This document shows, in pieces, positions 37,569-47,137 of a stretch of 64,000 bases of DNA. Each line of letters begins with the position of its first letter. The first letter of the stretch is position 1. Made by a program: the position numbers and the translations under genes. The DNA comes from Gammaproteobacteria bacterium (lineage in GTDB: Bacteria > Pseudomonadota > Gammaproteobacteria > GCA-002705445 > GCA-002716945). The notes under the pieces were generated by a model. It had not been told where the DNA came from. It saw only the letters and a program-made list of their open reading frames with translations, and ran no database searches. The stretch covers positions 689-64,688 of the forward strand of contig NZZP01000012.1 in NCBI GenBank assembly GCA_002698665.1, in the 5' to 3' direction.

Positions 37569-38098
37569 TGGCTTATAAATACCTTAAAAACTGGAAAAAT
37601 GAGAGAGCACTTAAAGATTGTAGTTTGCCTACCAAAATAAGTGTAATCGACACAAACTCACTCACAAAAAAGTTATGTTCGGTACATAATAATAATTTCC
37701 AAGTTAGAGTCATATCTCAATCAATTTCTCTATCAAATAGAATAGTAAAGAACATGTTTTTTAAAACTCCAGCACAAAGGGGTATTTACCGCAAAGTTAT
37801 TTTGTCAACACGATGTTATCCAAACATAGAAGCTTATACATTTATACCCTCAAAATACATAACTGGCAGAGATAGGTTTATAAAAATACTTGGGAGAAGA
37901 TCTTTGGGGACACATATACTCAGTTCCGCAAGATATAGAAAAATCAACACAAAGTATAATATAAAAGGAAATAAGATTCATCGTGTAAGCGAGTATAAAA
38001 GTAGAATAAAATCTATATTTGTGAATGAAGTGTTTCCAAAATCATTTAAGCTAAATAGCTTATCGTTTTTACATGCAAGAGGCGAGTTCGCCAAATGA
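37568..38098 (+). CDS. ubiC: chorismate pyruvate-lyase
   Basis: Start set at the ATG overlapping the recG stop (TAATG). Collinear with E. coli UbiC blocks: SLTKKL ~ SMTKRF, YRKVILS ~ WLREILL, LGRRSLG ~ LGKTPLG and NEVFP ~ TELFLP. Confidence 0.55.
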   Translation: MAYKYLKNWKNERALKDCSLPTKISVIDTNSLTKKLCSVHNNNFQVRVISQSISLSNRIVKNMFFKTPAQRGIYRKVILSTRCYPNIEAYTFIPSKYITGRDRFIKILGRRSLGTHILSSARYRKINTKYNIKGNKIHRVSEYKSRIKSIFVNEVFPKSFKLNSLSFLHARGEFAK

Positions 38099-38719
38099 TT
38101 GAATATGTTTTGTCACAAAATTGAATTTCTTGTTTCTCTCATTGTTAATATAAACTGACGTTCGAAGCCCTGCATGATAAGCTGATAGTATATTGTCATA
38201 TGTATCTTCTACTAACACAGTAGATTCGAAATCTAGCCCTAATTTCAATTTTAACATATACCAGAACTGTATATCCTCTTTTGCATAATGTAATTCATGT
38301 GAACAAATTATATCATCGAAAAAATTTTTAATATTAAACTTTGACATTTTTATCTCCAAAGTCTTTCTATGTGCATTAGTTATTAAAAAAACTTTCTTGT
38401 TCAATGCTACTAAGTTTTCTAGCATTTTTAATGAACCATCAATAACCTGAATCTTCTCTACACTATGTTTGCTCTTTTTTTCTTCTTCTATATCTATATT
38501 AAGAATATTAGACCAGTAGTCAATATTATACCAATCTAATGTTTTTTTCTTATAATTAAAGAGACTATGGGTAACACTAACAGCATCTTCAATCGAGATA
38601 CCTCTTTTATCTGCATAAACTCTCGGAATATATTCTTGCCAAAAGTAATTATCGTATTTGGTATTCAGTAAAACACCATCTAAGTCTATTAGATAATATG
38701 TGTAGTCTTTCAATTTCAT
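38069..38719 (-). CDS. HAD-superfamily hydrolase (YrfG/nucleotidase-like)
   Basis: 216 aa with N-terminal DLDGVL motif I and a downstream HAD motif-III-like region; convergent and overlapping with ubiC. Confidence 0.75.
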   Translation of the reverse strand: MKLKDYTYYLIDLDGVLLNTKYDNYFWQEYIPRVYADKRGISIEDAVSVTHSLFNYKKKTLDWYNIDYWSNILNIDIEEEKKSKHSVEKIQVIDGSLKMLENLVALNKKVFLITNAHRKTLEIKMSKFNIKNFFDDIICSHELHYAKEDIQFWYMLKLKLGLDFESTVLVEDTYDNILSAYHAGLRTSVYINNERNKKFNFVTKHIQSFGELASCM

Positions 38720-38761
38720 TGTTATTCGGTTATCATCTTTTAAAACTAGTTATATCATACA

Positions 38762-39301
38762 ATGCCTACTATCAAAAATATATCCCTTGCAGCTGTTACT
38801 AAACTTTTTAAAGTCATGAAGCTGGAAATAGAGTTTGGCAAAGGTATCTTAAGAGACTATGAGGTAATAGCTGGTAATGGGCGCGGGGCTGTAATGATTT
38901 TACCAATTATGGATGATTATGTCTTTTTTATAAAGGAATATTCTGCTGCTATCGATGATTATTGTTTAACCTTTCCAAAAGGTAAAATTGATGAAGGCGA
39001 AGATGTGCTAACGGCGGCAAATAGGGAGCTGCAAGAAGAGATTGGACTTAAATCTCAACAGATGAATCATGTTTATACACTTGATCTTGCTCCTGGATAT
39101 ATAGACCATAAAACTCATATTGTTATTGCACAAGAACTTTTTGCATCAAAACTTCAGGGTGACGAACCAGAAGAGCTAGAAGTATGCAAGTGTAAATTGC
39201 TTGAAGTACAGTCGTTCTTGGCCACTCATTCTAATATAGACTCTAGGGTATTCTCTGCTCTTTATATTTATTCAAATCTTAAACATTATGTTCAGTCATA
39301 A
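38762..39301 (+). CDS. nudE: NUDIX hydrolase, NudE-like (ADP-compounds hydrolase)
   Basis: 179 aa collinear with E. coli NudE (AVMILPIMDD, REYS, KGKIDEGE, AANRELQEEIG Nudix box). Confidence 0.8.
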   Translation: MPTIKNISLAAVTKLFKVMKLEIEFGKGILRDYEVIAGNGRGAVMILPIMDDYVFFIKEYSAAIDDYCLTFPKGKIDEGEDVLTAANRELQEEIGLKSQQMNHVYTLDLAPGYIDHKTHIVIAQELFASKLQGDEPEELEVCKCKLLEVQSFLATHSNIDSRVFSALYIYSNLKHYVQS

Positions 39302-40094
39302 AAAATTTCTTGATATGCTTCCAGAGCTTTATGCTATATGTGTTCGTGCAGGAGAATTTCAAATGAAGTTTAGGACTAATTCTTTTAAAATAAATACAAA
39401 AAAAAACTCAACGCCTGTCACAGATGCAGACATAGAGGCTAATACTATAATTACTTCATGCTTAAAAAAATTAACACCTGACATTCAAATAATTTCAGAA
39501 GAGGGGCATACAAACGAAAGTGGCTCCAATATCTTTTGGTTAATTGATCCGCTAGACGGGACAAGTAATTATATTAGAGGAGGAACACAATTTTGTATTT
39601 GTATAGCTCTGATAGAAGACAATTCGCCAGTAGTTGGTCTAATTTATGTTCCAAGCAGTAATACATTTTACTATTCTTACAAGAACAAAGGAGCATTTAT
39701 AAAGAATAATAATTTAGGAGACATTCAGTTGTTTACAAAAAAAATGGATTCCAATACATCAGGGAAAATATATACAAGCTCATCTATAAATCCAAAGATA
39801 TTACATATTCTTCAATCTAAAATGCCTAATATAGAAGTTATAAAATGTTCTAGTGCTATTAAATTTGGATATATAGCATCTGGCCAAGGTATTTTTTATC
39901 CACGTATAGGACCAACTCACGAGTGGGATACGGCAGCGGGTGACTGTTTAGTAAGAGAGGCTGGTGGTAAAATTGTAGACAAAAACATGATGCCTTTGAA
40001 GTATAATAAAAATCTATCTTATTTAAATGATGAATTTTTTGTACTCGCTGACCCTCATTATGATTGGAAACATATTATTGATTTAATCATTTAG
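39288..40094 (+). CDS. cysQ: 3'(2'),5'-bisphosphate nucleotidase
   Basis: 268-aa inositol-monophosphatase family protein (PVTDAD, WLIDPLDGT and WDTAAG motifs). Confidence 0.88.
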   Translation: MFSHKKFLDMLPELYAICVRAGEFQMKFRTNSFKINTKKNSTPVTDADIEANTIITSCLKKLTPDIQIISEEGHTNESGSNIFWLIDPLDGTSNYIRGGTQFCICIALIEDNSPVVGLIYVPSSNTFYYSYKNKGAFIKNNNLGDIQLFTKKMDSNTSGKIYTSSSINPKILHILQSKMPNIEVIKCSSAIKFGYIASGQGIFYPRIGPTHEWDTAAGDCLVREAGGKIVDKNMMPLKYNKNLSYLNDEFFVLADPHYDWKHIIDLII

Positions 40095-40227
40095 TAGAAT
40101 TTTTTGCCGCAAGCATAGCTTTCTTATTATTGGTTTTAAGAATCTTATACTTCCCAAACCTACCTTTATTCCAAGTAAGCTTTGCTAATTCATAAACTTT
40201 TTGATTATTATTATGATTGTCTTTCAT
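40087..40227 (-). CDS. candidate small Lys-rich protein (47 aa), hypothetical
   Basis: Hand translation of the minus strand in the 180-bp cysQ-ccmC spacer gives MKDNHNNNQKVYELAKLTWNKGRFGKYKILKTNNKKAMLAAKNSTK*. There is no clear SD and it is unrecognised, so it could be a chance ORF. Confidence 0.2.
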   Translation of the reverse strand: MKDNHNNNQKVYELAKLTWNKGRFGKYKILKTNNKKAMLAAKNSTK

Positions 40228-40274
40228 TAGTTTTAAGTATATTTTATGTTATCATAAAATACATAAATAATATT

Positions 40275-41000
40275 ATGATTAGAGTACTATTAGATAACAT
40301 ATCCCCAAAAAACTTTTATAATTTCTCAACCATAATTATACCCTGGTTGTTGTTCTCATCATTGGCATTCATAATTTATGGTCTTTACCTTGGATTATTT
40401 CATGCTCCTTCTGATTATCAGCAAGGAGAAGCTTTCCGGATCATTTATGTGCATGTTCCAAGCGCCTGGTTATCTCTCTTTGCCTATTCTATATTATTTT
40501 TTTGTTCCATTGTTTCTATAATATGGAAAATTAAGGTGTTTGAAGTTTTGTCTATTGCAACTGCTAAAAATGGTGCATTATTTACGTTTCTAGCGCTTGT
40601 TACCGGTTCTATTTGGGGTAAGCCAATGTGGGGTACATGGTGGGTCTGGGATGCAAGGCTAACGTCAGAGCTTATTTTATTTTTTATATATCTCTCTATA
40701 ATATTTTTACATTATTCTTTTGATGATTATCGGAAAGGTGCAAGAGCGGCAAATATCCTTGCAATAATCGGTTTTGTTAATATCCCAATAATACATTTTT
40801 CAGTAGAGTGGTGGAATACACTTCATCAGGGCCCTTCTATAATGAAATTAAGCGCTCCATCTATTGCTAGTGAAATGTTAACTCCATTAATATACACTGC
40901 CATAGGTTTTACTTTGTATTTATTTCTTGCAATTTTATTCTCTGCAAGAAACATAATTTTAGAAAGAGAAAGAAATACAAAATGGGTAAGTTTAATCTAA
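40275..41000 (+). CDS. ccmC: heme exporter protein CcmC
   Basis: Collinear with E. coli CcmC, including the signature WGTWWVWDARLTSEL and IIHFSVEWWNTLHQG. Start trimmed from the track's upstream in-frame codon at 40182. Confidence 0.92.
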   Translation: MIRVLLDNISPKNFYNFSTIIIPWLLFSSLAFIIYGLYLGLFHAPSDYQQGEAFRIIYVHVPSAWLSLFAYSILFFCSIVSIIWKIKVFEVLSIATAKNGALFTFLALVTGSIWGKPMWGTWWVWDARLTSELILFFIYLSIIFLHYSFDDYRKGARAANILAIIGFVNIPIIHFSVEWWNTLHQGPSIMKLSAPSIASEMLTPLIYTAIGFTLYLFLAILFSARNIILERERNTKWVSLI

Positions 41001-41660
41001 ACTTATTCTCAAAGCCTTGTTACAAGCCAGCGGGGCTATTAATATGAAAATCAATAAAAGTATTACTAGCATCAGTAATTCTGTCTCATAATTAAGATTA
41101 AAATATGAGTTACTCACAGCACTAGTTGCAAAAATTAATATTGGAAGATATAAAGGTAAGACCATGAGTGATATTAATATCTTATTCTTACGTAGACTCA
41201 CTGTAAGTGCAGCAGCGATGGCGCCTATTAAACTCATTGATGGAGTGCCAACCAATAGGCTTAAAAAAAGAATCAAAGAGGTGTTTGCAGTAACCCCTAA
41301 GCCTAAAGCTATCAATGGGGCAATTATTACTACTGGTAAGTTGGATAACACCCAATGAGCAAAAATTTTCGCTAATATCTCAAATTCAATTACACCACTA
41401 TGTATAATAAACAATTCTAGAGACCCATCATCAAAATCATCTTTAAAAACTGTTTCAAGATTTAATATACATATAAGGAGACAGGATACCCATATCATTA
41501 GAGGAACTAATTCAACAATAATATCATTAGATACATAACTTATAGCCACATTAAAAAATGTCATAATAAGGATTAGATATACAATGGGCATAAATGTTTC
41601 ATAGCCGGATCTTGATGCTAATAATAATTCTTTGCTCATTATATTTACAATCTTTATCAT
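40992..41660 (-). CDS. ccmB: heme exporter protein CcmB
   Basis: 222 aa collinear with E. coli CcmB (DGSLE, LLVGTP, LVLPLYLPILIFAT, ALRIS). Confidence 0.9.
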   Translation of the reverse strand: MIKIVNIMSKELLLASRSGYETFMPIVYLILIMTFFNVAISYVSNDIIVELVPLMIWVSCLLICILNLETVFKDDFDDGSLELFIIHSGVIEFEILAKIFAHWVLSNLPVVIIAPLIALGLGVTANTSLILFLSLLVGTPSMSLIGAIAAALTVSLRKNKILISLMVLPLYLPILIFATSAVSNSYFNLNYETELLMLVILLLIFILIAPLACNKALRISLD

Positions 41661-42253
41661 AATTTATAATTCACTACTTTATTATAATTATCATTAATTT
41701 CTGAGTGATTTGTGATTATCACAGTCCCATCAGTTGATAAGAATTCATACATGGTCTTGTTAAATATATCTATAGTTTTTTTATCTAGGGCACTATATGG
41801 TTCATCTATAACCCATATTGAGTAATTATTCATTAGAGTTTTCATTAAGCTGACTTTTTTCTGTTGGCCATGTGAAAGTTGTTTGACTAGAATATTTTTA
41901 TAATGCGTCATTTCATACATATTTAAAGCATCTTCAATTCTCGTTTCCATTTCAACATTATCAGTAACGTTGCTATATTTCAGGTTTTCACAGACAGTAA
42001 GATTATCTTTAATTCCAAATTTATGTCCGATATATGCTATATCATTTGCATTGACATGGTTTATAGTCACAGATCCTGAAGTTGCTTCTGTTAAGCCAAC
42101 AATAATTTTAAGCAAAGAGGTTTTGCCGCAACCATTTCTACCAAAAATATTTGCGATATATGATTTATTGATATCTAGAGAAATATTTTCAAAAATTATA
42201 GACTCATTTCTCTGTAAAGATATATTTTTTAATTCTATTGCCTTAGGTGTCAT
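41657..42253 (-). CDS. ccmA: cytochrome c biogenesis ABC ATPase CcmA
   Basis: 198-aa ABC ATPase (Walker A GRNGCGKTS, signature LSHGQQKK, Walker B VIDEP) upstream of ccmB. Confidence 0.88.
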   Translation of the reverse strand: MTPKAIELKNISLQRNESIIFENISLDINKSYIANIFGRNGCGKTSLLKIIVGLTEATSGSVTINHVNANDIAYIGHKFGIKDNLTVCENLKYSNVTDNVEMETRIEDALNMYEMTHYKNILVKQLSHGQQKKVSLMKTLMNNYSIWVIDEPYSALDKKTIDIFNKTMYEFLSTDGTVIITNHSEINDNYNKVVNYKL

Positions 42254-42797
42254 CGTATTTTTTTACACCAGTTAGTTTTATATATGGTATTGATTGTTTA
42301 GTGGTATTGTCATCTTTTTTATCTAATATATCCTTGCTTACAATTATCCCGTCGCTGTCACTGTAAACATAGTGTCCATCTGTAAAATCTACCTCAGCAA
42401 ATCTGAGAATTTCACCATACTTTCCAATGTCTTTTTTTTCACTTTTACGTGGTAAACTACCAATAGCTTTTATACCAATTTCTATATCATTAATTATTTC
42501 AACATCTCTTATATAACCATTAATGATAAAACCTGACCAGCCATTGTTGAATGCTTTTCGAGCAAGATTATCTCCAAGTAAAGCACAATTATCAGAGGCA
42601 TTGCCATCTATAACCATAACGTCACCGTTTACTTTTTTCTCAATTAATTTTTTAACATAGCTGTTATCATCAAGTACGCTCACAGTTCTCATTTTTCCGC
42701 AAAATTTTTTCTTTCTACCATATTGCGAAAAAATTGGTTTTGCGATTTGTATATTATCAAATTCATCACATAAGTCTGCAGTATTAAAAAATTTCAT
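42243..42797 (-). CDS. rraA: RraA family protein (ribonuclease E activity regulator / aldolase fold)
   Basis: 184 aa collinear with E. coli RraA (ADLCDEF, VIDG, ALLGDNLA). Confidence 0.85.
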   Translation of the reverse strand: MKFFNTADLCDEFDNIQIAKPIFSQYGRKKKFCGKMRTVSVLDDNSYVKKLIEKKVNGDVMVIDGNASDNCALLGDNLARKAFNNGWSGFIINGYIRDVEIINDIEIGIKAIGSLPRKSEKKDIGKYGEILRFAEVDFTDGHYVYSDSDGIIVSKDILDKKDDNTTKQSIPYIKLTGVKKYDDT

Positions 42798-44062
42798 ATT
42801 TTAAAACTCCTTTTTAGTCTAGCTAATATTATTAAAGCAGGAAAAGCAATTAGTGAACAGAAAATAAAATACAATTCCCAACCTAACCCTTCAACTAAAA
42901 ATCCAGAGGTACCAGATAACAATGTTCTAGGCATTGACATCAGAGCTGTCATAAGCGCAAATTGTGTAGCGGTAAACTCTTTATTGGTCATGTTGGCGAT
43001 AAATGCCAAGTATGCAGTATATCCCATACCAGCAGCTAAATTTTCTAAAGATATTACAATCATTAAGATGCTTATTTCATTGCCAACAATAGCTAAGACA
43101 GCAAATCCTAATGTTGCTATTGCTTGAAAGACTCCGAAAGATATTAATGATTTATACAGACCTATTTTAATAGATAGTAATCCGCCAATGAATGCTCCTA
43201 CTAGAGTAGCTATTAATCCAAAAACTTTAACTACTGTACCAATCTCTGTTTTGTTGAAGCCAATATCCAGGTAAAAGTTTGTGCTTAGAGAGTGAGCCAT
43301 CGTATCTCCTACCTTATACAGCAATATAAAAAGTAAAATTAGAATCGGTACAGAAATATTAGTATTTAATCCAGATTTATGTCTAGTAAAAAATTCAATA
43401 AATGGATTTTTTACTGCGCTTATAAATGTTGTAGGCTCAGAAACTTTTCTTGGTTCTTCCGAGATCAATGTTATCATGATTCCAAATACCATTATCGATG
43501 CCATTATGCCATAGACAACTTGATATGTGAAAAAGTCTGCTAGTATCAGACCGCCAGCGCCAGCAGCTAAGGCCCCAATTCTATAACCTAACACATAAGC
43601 CGATGCCCCAAGTGCTTGTTCTTCATTGTCTAACGATTCCCTTCTGTAAGCATCTATTACGATATCTTGTGATGCTGAGAAGAAAGCAACTAATAGTGCA
43701 AGTACTGCTACATTATAGGTATTCATTCCAGGATTACTCATCCCAAGAGCAATGATTGAGATTGCCAAGAAGACTTGTGTAACTAAAAGCCAACCCCTTC
43801 TTCTTCCAAATCTATTTATAACATACCGATCAAATATCGGGGCCCATAAAAATTTTAGTGAGTAAGGAAGTCCAACTAATGCGAATAGTCCGATAGTTGA
43901 TTTTGAAATACCTTCATCAGTCAGCCATGCTTGTAATAAAGTTATAGTCAATAGTAAGGGTACGCCTGACACAAATCCCATGGCTTGTGTGACAAGCATC
44001 TTTCTTGTCATATATGGGCTAAATGAACTATATAATTTCTCTTTAAGGTTTCTCATATTCAA
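42794..44062 (-). CDS. ampG: MFS transporter, AmpG-like muropeptide permease
   Basis: 422-aa 12-14-TM MFS protein whose N-terminal region is typical of AmpG (signature-like FLWAPIFDRY...GRRRGWLL). Confidence 0.8.
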   Translation of the reverse strand: MNMRNLKEKLYSSFSPYMTRKMLVTQAMGFVSGVPLLLTITLLQAWLTDEGISKSTIGLFALVGLPYSLKFLWAPIFDRYVINRFGRRRGWLLVTQVFLAISIIALGMSNPGMNTYNVAVLALLVAFFSASQDIVIDAYRRESLDNEEQALGASAYVLGYRIGALAAGAGGLILADFFTYQVVYGIMASIMVFGIMITLISEEPRKVSEPTTFISAVKNPFIEFFTRHKSGLNTNISVPILILLFILLYKVGDTMAHSLSTNFYLDIGFNKTEIGTVVKVFGLIATLVGAFIGGLLSIKIGLYKSLISFGVFQAIATLGFAVLAIVGNEISILMIVISLENLAAGMGYTAYLAFIANMTNKEFTATQFALMTALMSMPRTLLSGTSGFLVEGLGWELYFIFCSLIAFPALIILARLKRSFKI

Positions 44063-44813
44063 TTGTCAGTGGGCTATGATCCGAAAATCGTTCTTTTTTA
44101 TAAATCTCTACTTTTCTAGGTATAAGATTAGCAGTTGAAGTCAACATTTGGTAATCAATTCTCCATCCTACATTATTGTCCCATGCTCTCCCCCTGTTAG
44201 ACCACCAGGTATACTGTTCCGATCTCTTATCTATCTCCCTAAACGCATCTATAAAGCCATATTTTTGTGTTATCTTATCTAACCACATTCTCTCTTTAGG
44301 CAAGAAACCAGAGTTTTTTTGATTAGATTTCCAGTTTTTTATATCTATTTCTTTATGGGCAATGTTCCAATCACCGCATATAATCGTGGGCTTATTTCTT
44401 CTTTGTATTTTCTTGAGATATGTTTCAAAGCTTTTCATAAATTTATATTTCATTTCTTGTCGAACATCACCTGAAGAACCTGAAGGGAAATATACTGATA
44501 TGAAGTTATACAATTTTTGTTCAACTTCAATAAATCTTCCTTCCTCTTTAAATATACTAGATCCGAATGTGTCTGAGACATGTAATGCTTTTTCCTTTGA
44601 ATATATACAGACACCACTATATCCCTTTTTCTTAGCAACAGCTAAATATCTATTATATCCATGTAGTCCAAATTCCTTAGTACTAATCTGCTCCTCAGTA
44701 GCTCTAACCTCTTGTAAACATATAACGTCAGCTTTTTTTCTTTTTAGCCATTTAAACAAACCCTTTTTCTGGCTTGCTCTAATTCCACATACATTTAGTG
44801 TTAAAACTCTCAT
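44043..44813 (-). CDS. exodeoxyribonuclease III family AP endonuclease (second paralogue)
   Basis: EEP-fold: MRVLTLNV...ADVICLQE; C-terminal SDHSPL. Start trimmed to MRVLTLNV. Confidence 0.85.
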   Translation of the reverse strand: MRVLTLNVCGIRASQKKGLFKWLKRKKADVICLQEVRATEEQISTKEFGLHGYNRYLAVAKKKGYSGVCIYSKEKALHVSDTFGSSIFKEEGRFIEVEQKLYNFISVYFPSGSSGDVRQEMKYKFMKSFETYLKKIQRRNKPTIICGDWNIAHKEIDIKNWKSNQKNSGFLPKERMWLDKITQKYGFIDAFREIDKRSEQYTWWSNRGRAWDNNVGWRIDYQMLTSTANLIPRKVEIYKKERFSDHSPLTIEYEKP

Positions 44814-44854
44814 ACTCTTTGTCTGTACCATGATAATATAATATAAAGATATAG

Positions 44855-45493
44855 ATGAATGACCTAAAAAAACAATTTATAGAATTCATATTAGAACACG
44901 AAATACTTCGTTTTGGTAACTTTACGCTCAACTCTGGCAGGGAAAGTCCTTATTTCTTTAATACTGGTTTATGTAATAGCGGTAAATTGCTTGCAAAATT
45001 AGCTGAATTTTATTGCCATTATATCATTCAGAATAAGTTGGCTTTTGATTACGTGTTTGGACCTGCATATAAAGGTATAACTTTAGCTTCTTCTATTAGC
45101 AACATGCTATATATGATTTATGATATAGATAAGCCATATTCTTTTAATAGGAAAGAAGCAAAATCACATGGTGAGTCAGGAATTTTTGTTGGTTTTCAGC
45201 CTAAAGGTAAATCTTTGGTTGTTGACGATGTTATATCATCCGGAGAATCTATTGATAAAGCACTTAGTTTGTTAAATCAAAGCAACTCATCTGCTAATCA
45301 TGTTTTGGTTGCATTTGATAGGATGGAAGTTGGAACAAAAATCTCAGCAAAAAAAGAACTGAGCGACAAATGGGGCATTGAATTACTGTCAATTATAGAC
45401 CTTGAAGATATAGTCAATTATCTTCAAGTAGATGATAAATATTCTGCTGCTCTTAAGGACATGACAGTATACCTAAAAAAATATAAGGCATAA
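44855..45493 (+). CDS. pyrE: orotate phosphoribosyltransferase
   Basis: 212 aa (FGNFTL.SGR.SPYFFN; PRPP loop VVDDVISSGES). Confidence 0.92.
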   Translation: MNDLKKQFIEFILEHEILRFGNFTLNSGRESPYFFNTGLCNSGKLLAKLAEFYCHYIIQNKLAFDYVFGPAYKGITLASSISNMLYMIYDIDKPYSFNRKEAKSHGESGIFVGFQPKGKSLVVDDVISSGESIDKALSLLNQSNSSANHVLVAFDRMEVGTKISAKKELSDKWGIELLSIIDLEDIVNYLQVDDKYSAALKDMTVYLKKYKA

Positions 45494-46240
45494 TTATATT
45501 ATTAAACTTATACCAACTGTAATTGTGATTAATTGATATATTCTTCTTATGGATTTATTGCTTTTTTTTAATGATATTTTTGCTCCTATGTATCCACCCA
45601 TGAGAGAACCAAAAATTAGTGAAGGTAAGAGAATTAAATATAAATCTGTATTAAAACTTAAGATTATTGCCCCCATAGCATTATAGAAAAATCCTACAAT
45701 TATTAATGTGTATGCAATTGCATTTTTATAATCTAATCCAAAGAATGTAATTAATGACATGGTGAATATCAAACCTGTACCCGCAGATAACGAACCATTT
45801 AGTAATCCAGTTATAAATGCAAAAAAATACCCTAAAAAAATTTGATTAGAGTTACTAGTTTTTTTTATATTCTCTCCATGATTTTTTTGGTACAACGAAT
45901 ATATTGCTATACATACAATAAATACACCAAGACTAGTTCGCGCAATATTTTCATCTGTTATTACTATTGCTTCCGCACCTAATATTACACCTGGTATCCC
46001 AAACAAGAGTAGCTTGCATATTAATTTGTAATCAAAAGCAATAACTGTTTTAAATTTAGATGTCGCTCCTACACCCAATGCAACCGTAGCTATCTTATGG
46101 GTTGCCAAGGCATTAATAAATGCAATATCATATAGAAGTAATATTGCTGGTAGTTGTATCACTCCTGCACCACCACCAGAAAATGCTGAAAAAATATTTG
46201 ATATTAACGATACAAAAAATAATATTAAATGATCGAGCAC
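45494..46240 (-). CDS. TSUP (TauE/SafE) family anion permease
   Basis: 248 aa, two repeated 4-TM halves with G-rich motifs (GGGAG...). Confidence 0.8.
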   Translation of the reverse strand: MLDHLILFFVSLISNIFSAFSGGGAGVIQLPAILLLYDIAFINALATHKIATVALGVGATSKFKTVIAFDYKLICKLLLFGIPGVILGAEAIVITDENIARTSLGVFIVCIAIYSLYQKNHGENIKKTSNSNQIFLGYFFAFITGLLNGSLSAGTGLIFTMSLITFFGLDYKNAIAYTLIIVGFFYNAMGAIILSFNTDLYLILLPSLIFGSLMGGYIGAKISLKKSNKSIRRIYQLITITVGISLII

Positions 46241-47137
46241 TTATAGCCTACGAATCATAGTTCCGATACCATCATCTGTAAATAACTCTAATAGGACTGC
46301 ATGATTCACCGTGCCATCGATGATTTGAACATGTTCTACTCCAAAAGAAACCGCTTCTAGGGCTGAATTAACTTTTGGAAGCATTCCCTTGGAGATGATT
46401 TTATTATCAATTAATTTTCTTACATTCGCTGCATTAATTGACTGGATATGTTCCCCATCTTTATCCAAGATACCGGAAGTATTAGTGAGAATTAGATATT
46501 TTGTTGCTTGTAATATGTGTGCAATTTTACCAGCAACTAAATCTGCGTTGATATTATATGTTGTACCATCCTCACCAATTCCTATAGGTGCAATAACTGG
46601 AATAAATGGTGATCCATCTAATAAAGTCACTACCTCTGGATCAATACTTTGAACAGTCCCCGTATTTTTAAAATCTATATCTTTAAACTCACCTTCACCA
46701 ATCATTTTTTTTGCTCTTATAAGACCACCATCTTTTCCTGATAAGCCAACAGCCTTACCGCCATGTGATGTAATTGCATTTACGATTTCTTTATTCACAA
46801 GACCTCCAAGTACCATCTCTATTATATGTACTGATTCGGGACTAGTTATCCTCATGCCATTTGCAAATTCTGATTCTATACCAAGTTTCTTAAGATATGA
46901 TGTTATTTGTGGACCACCACCATGAATAATAACTGGGTGCAATCCTACCTGTTTAAGAAGAACAACGTCACGAGCAAAGTTATTTTTAAGAACTTCATCT
47001 GTCATTGCATTGCCACCAAACTTAATGACAATTACTTTATTAGATAATTTTTGAATATAAGGTAGCGCCTCTATTAAGATTTTAGCGGTGCTTGGAGTTA
47101 TACTACTATTTTTTCTATACTTTACTTGCTCGTTCAT
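46241..47137 (-). CDS. argB: acetylglutamate kinase
   Basis: 298 aa amino-acid kinase fold (VIKFGGNAM, HGGGPQI). Confidence 0.92.
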   Translation of the reverse strand: MNEQVKYRKNSSITPSTAKILIEALPYIQKLSNKVIVIKFGGNAMTDEVLKNNFARDVVLLKQVGLHPVIIHGGGPQITSYLKKLGIESEFANGMRITSPESVHIIEMVLGGLVNKEIVNAITSHGGKAVGLSGKDGGLIRAKKMIGEGEFKDIDFKNTGTVQSIDPEVVTLLDGSPFIPVIAPIGIGEDGTTYNINADLVAGKIAHILQATKYLILTNTSGILDKDGEHIQSINAANVRKLIDNKIISKGMLPKVNSALEAVSFGVEHVQIIDGTVNHAVLLELFTDDGIGTMIRRL

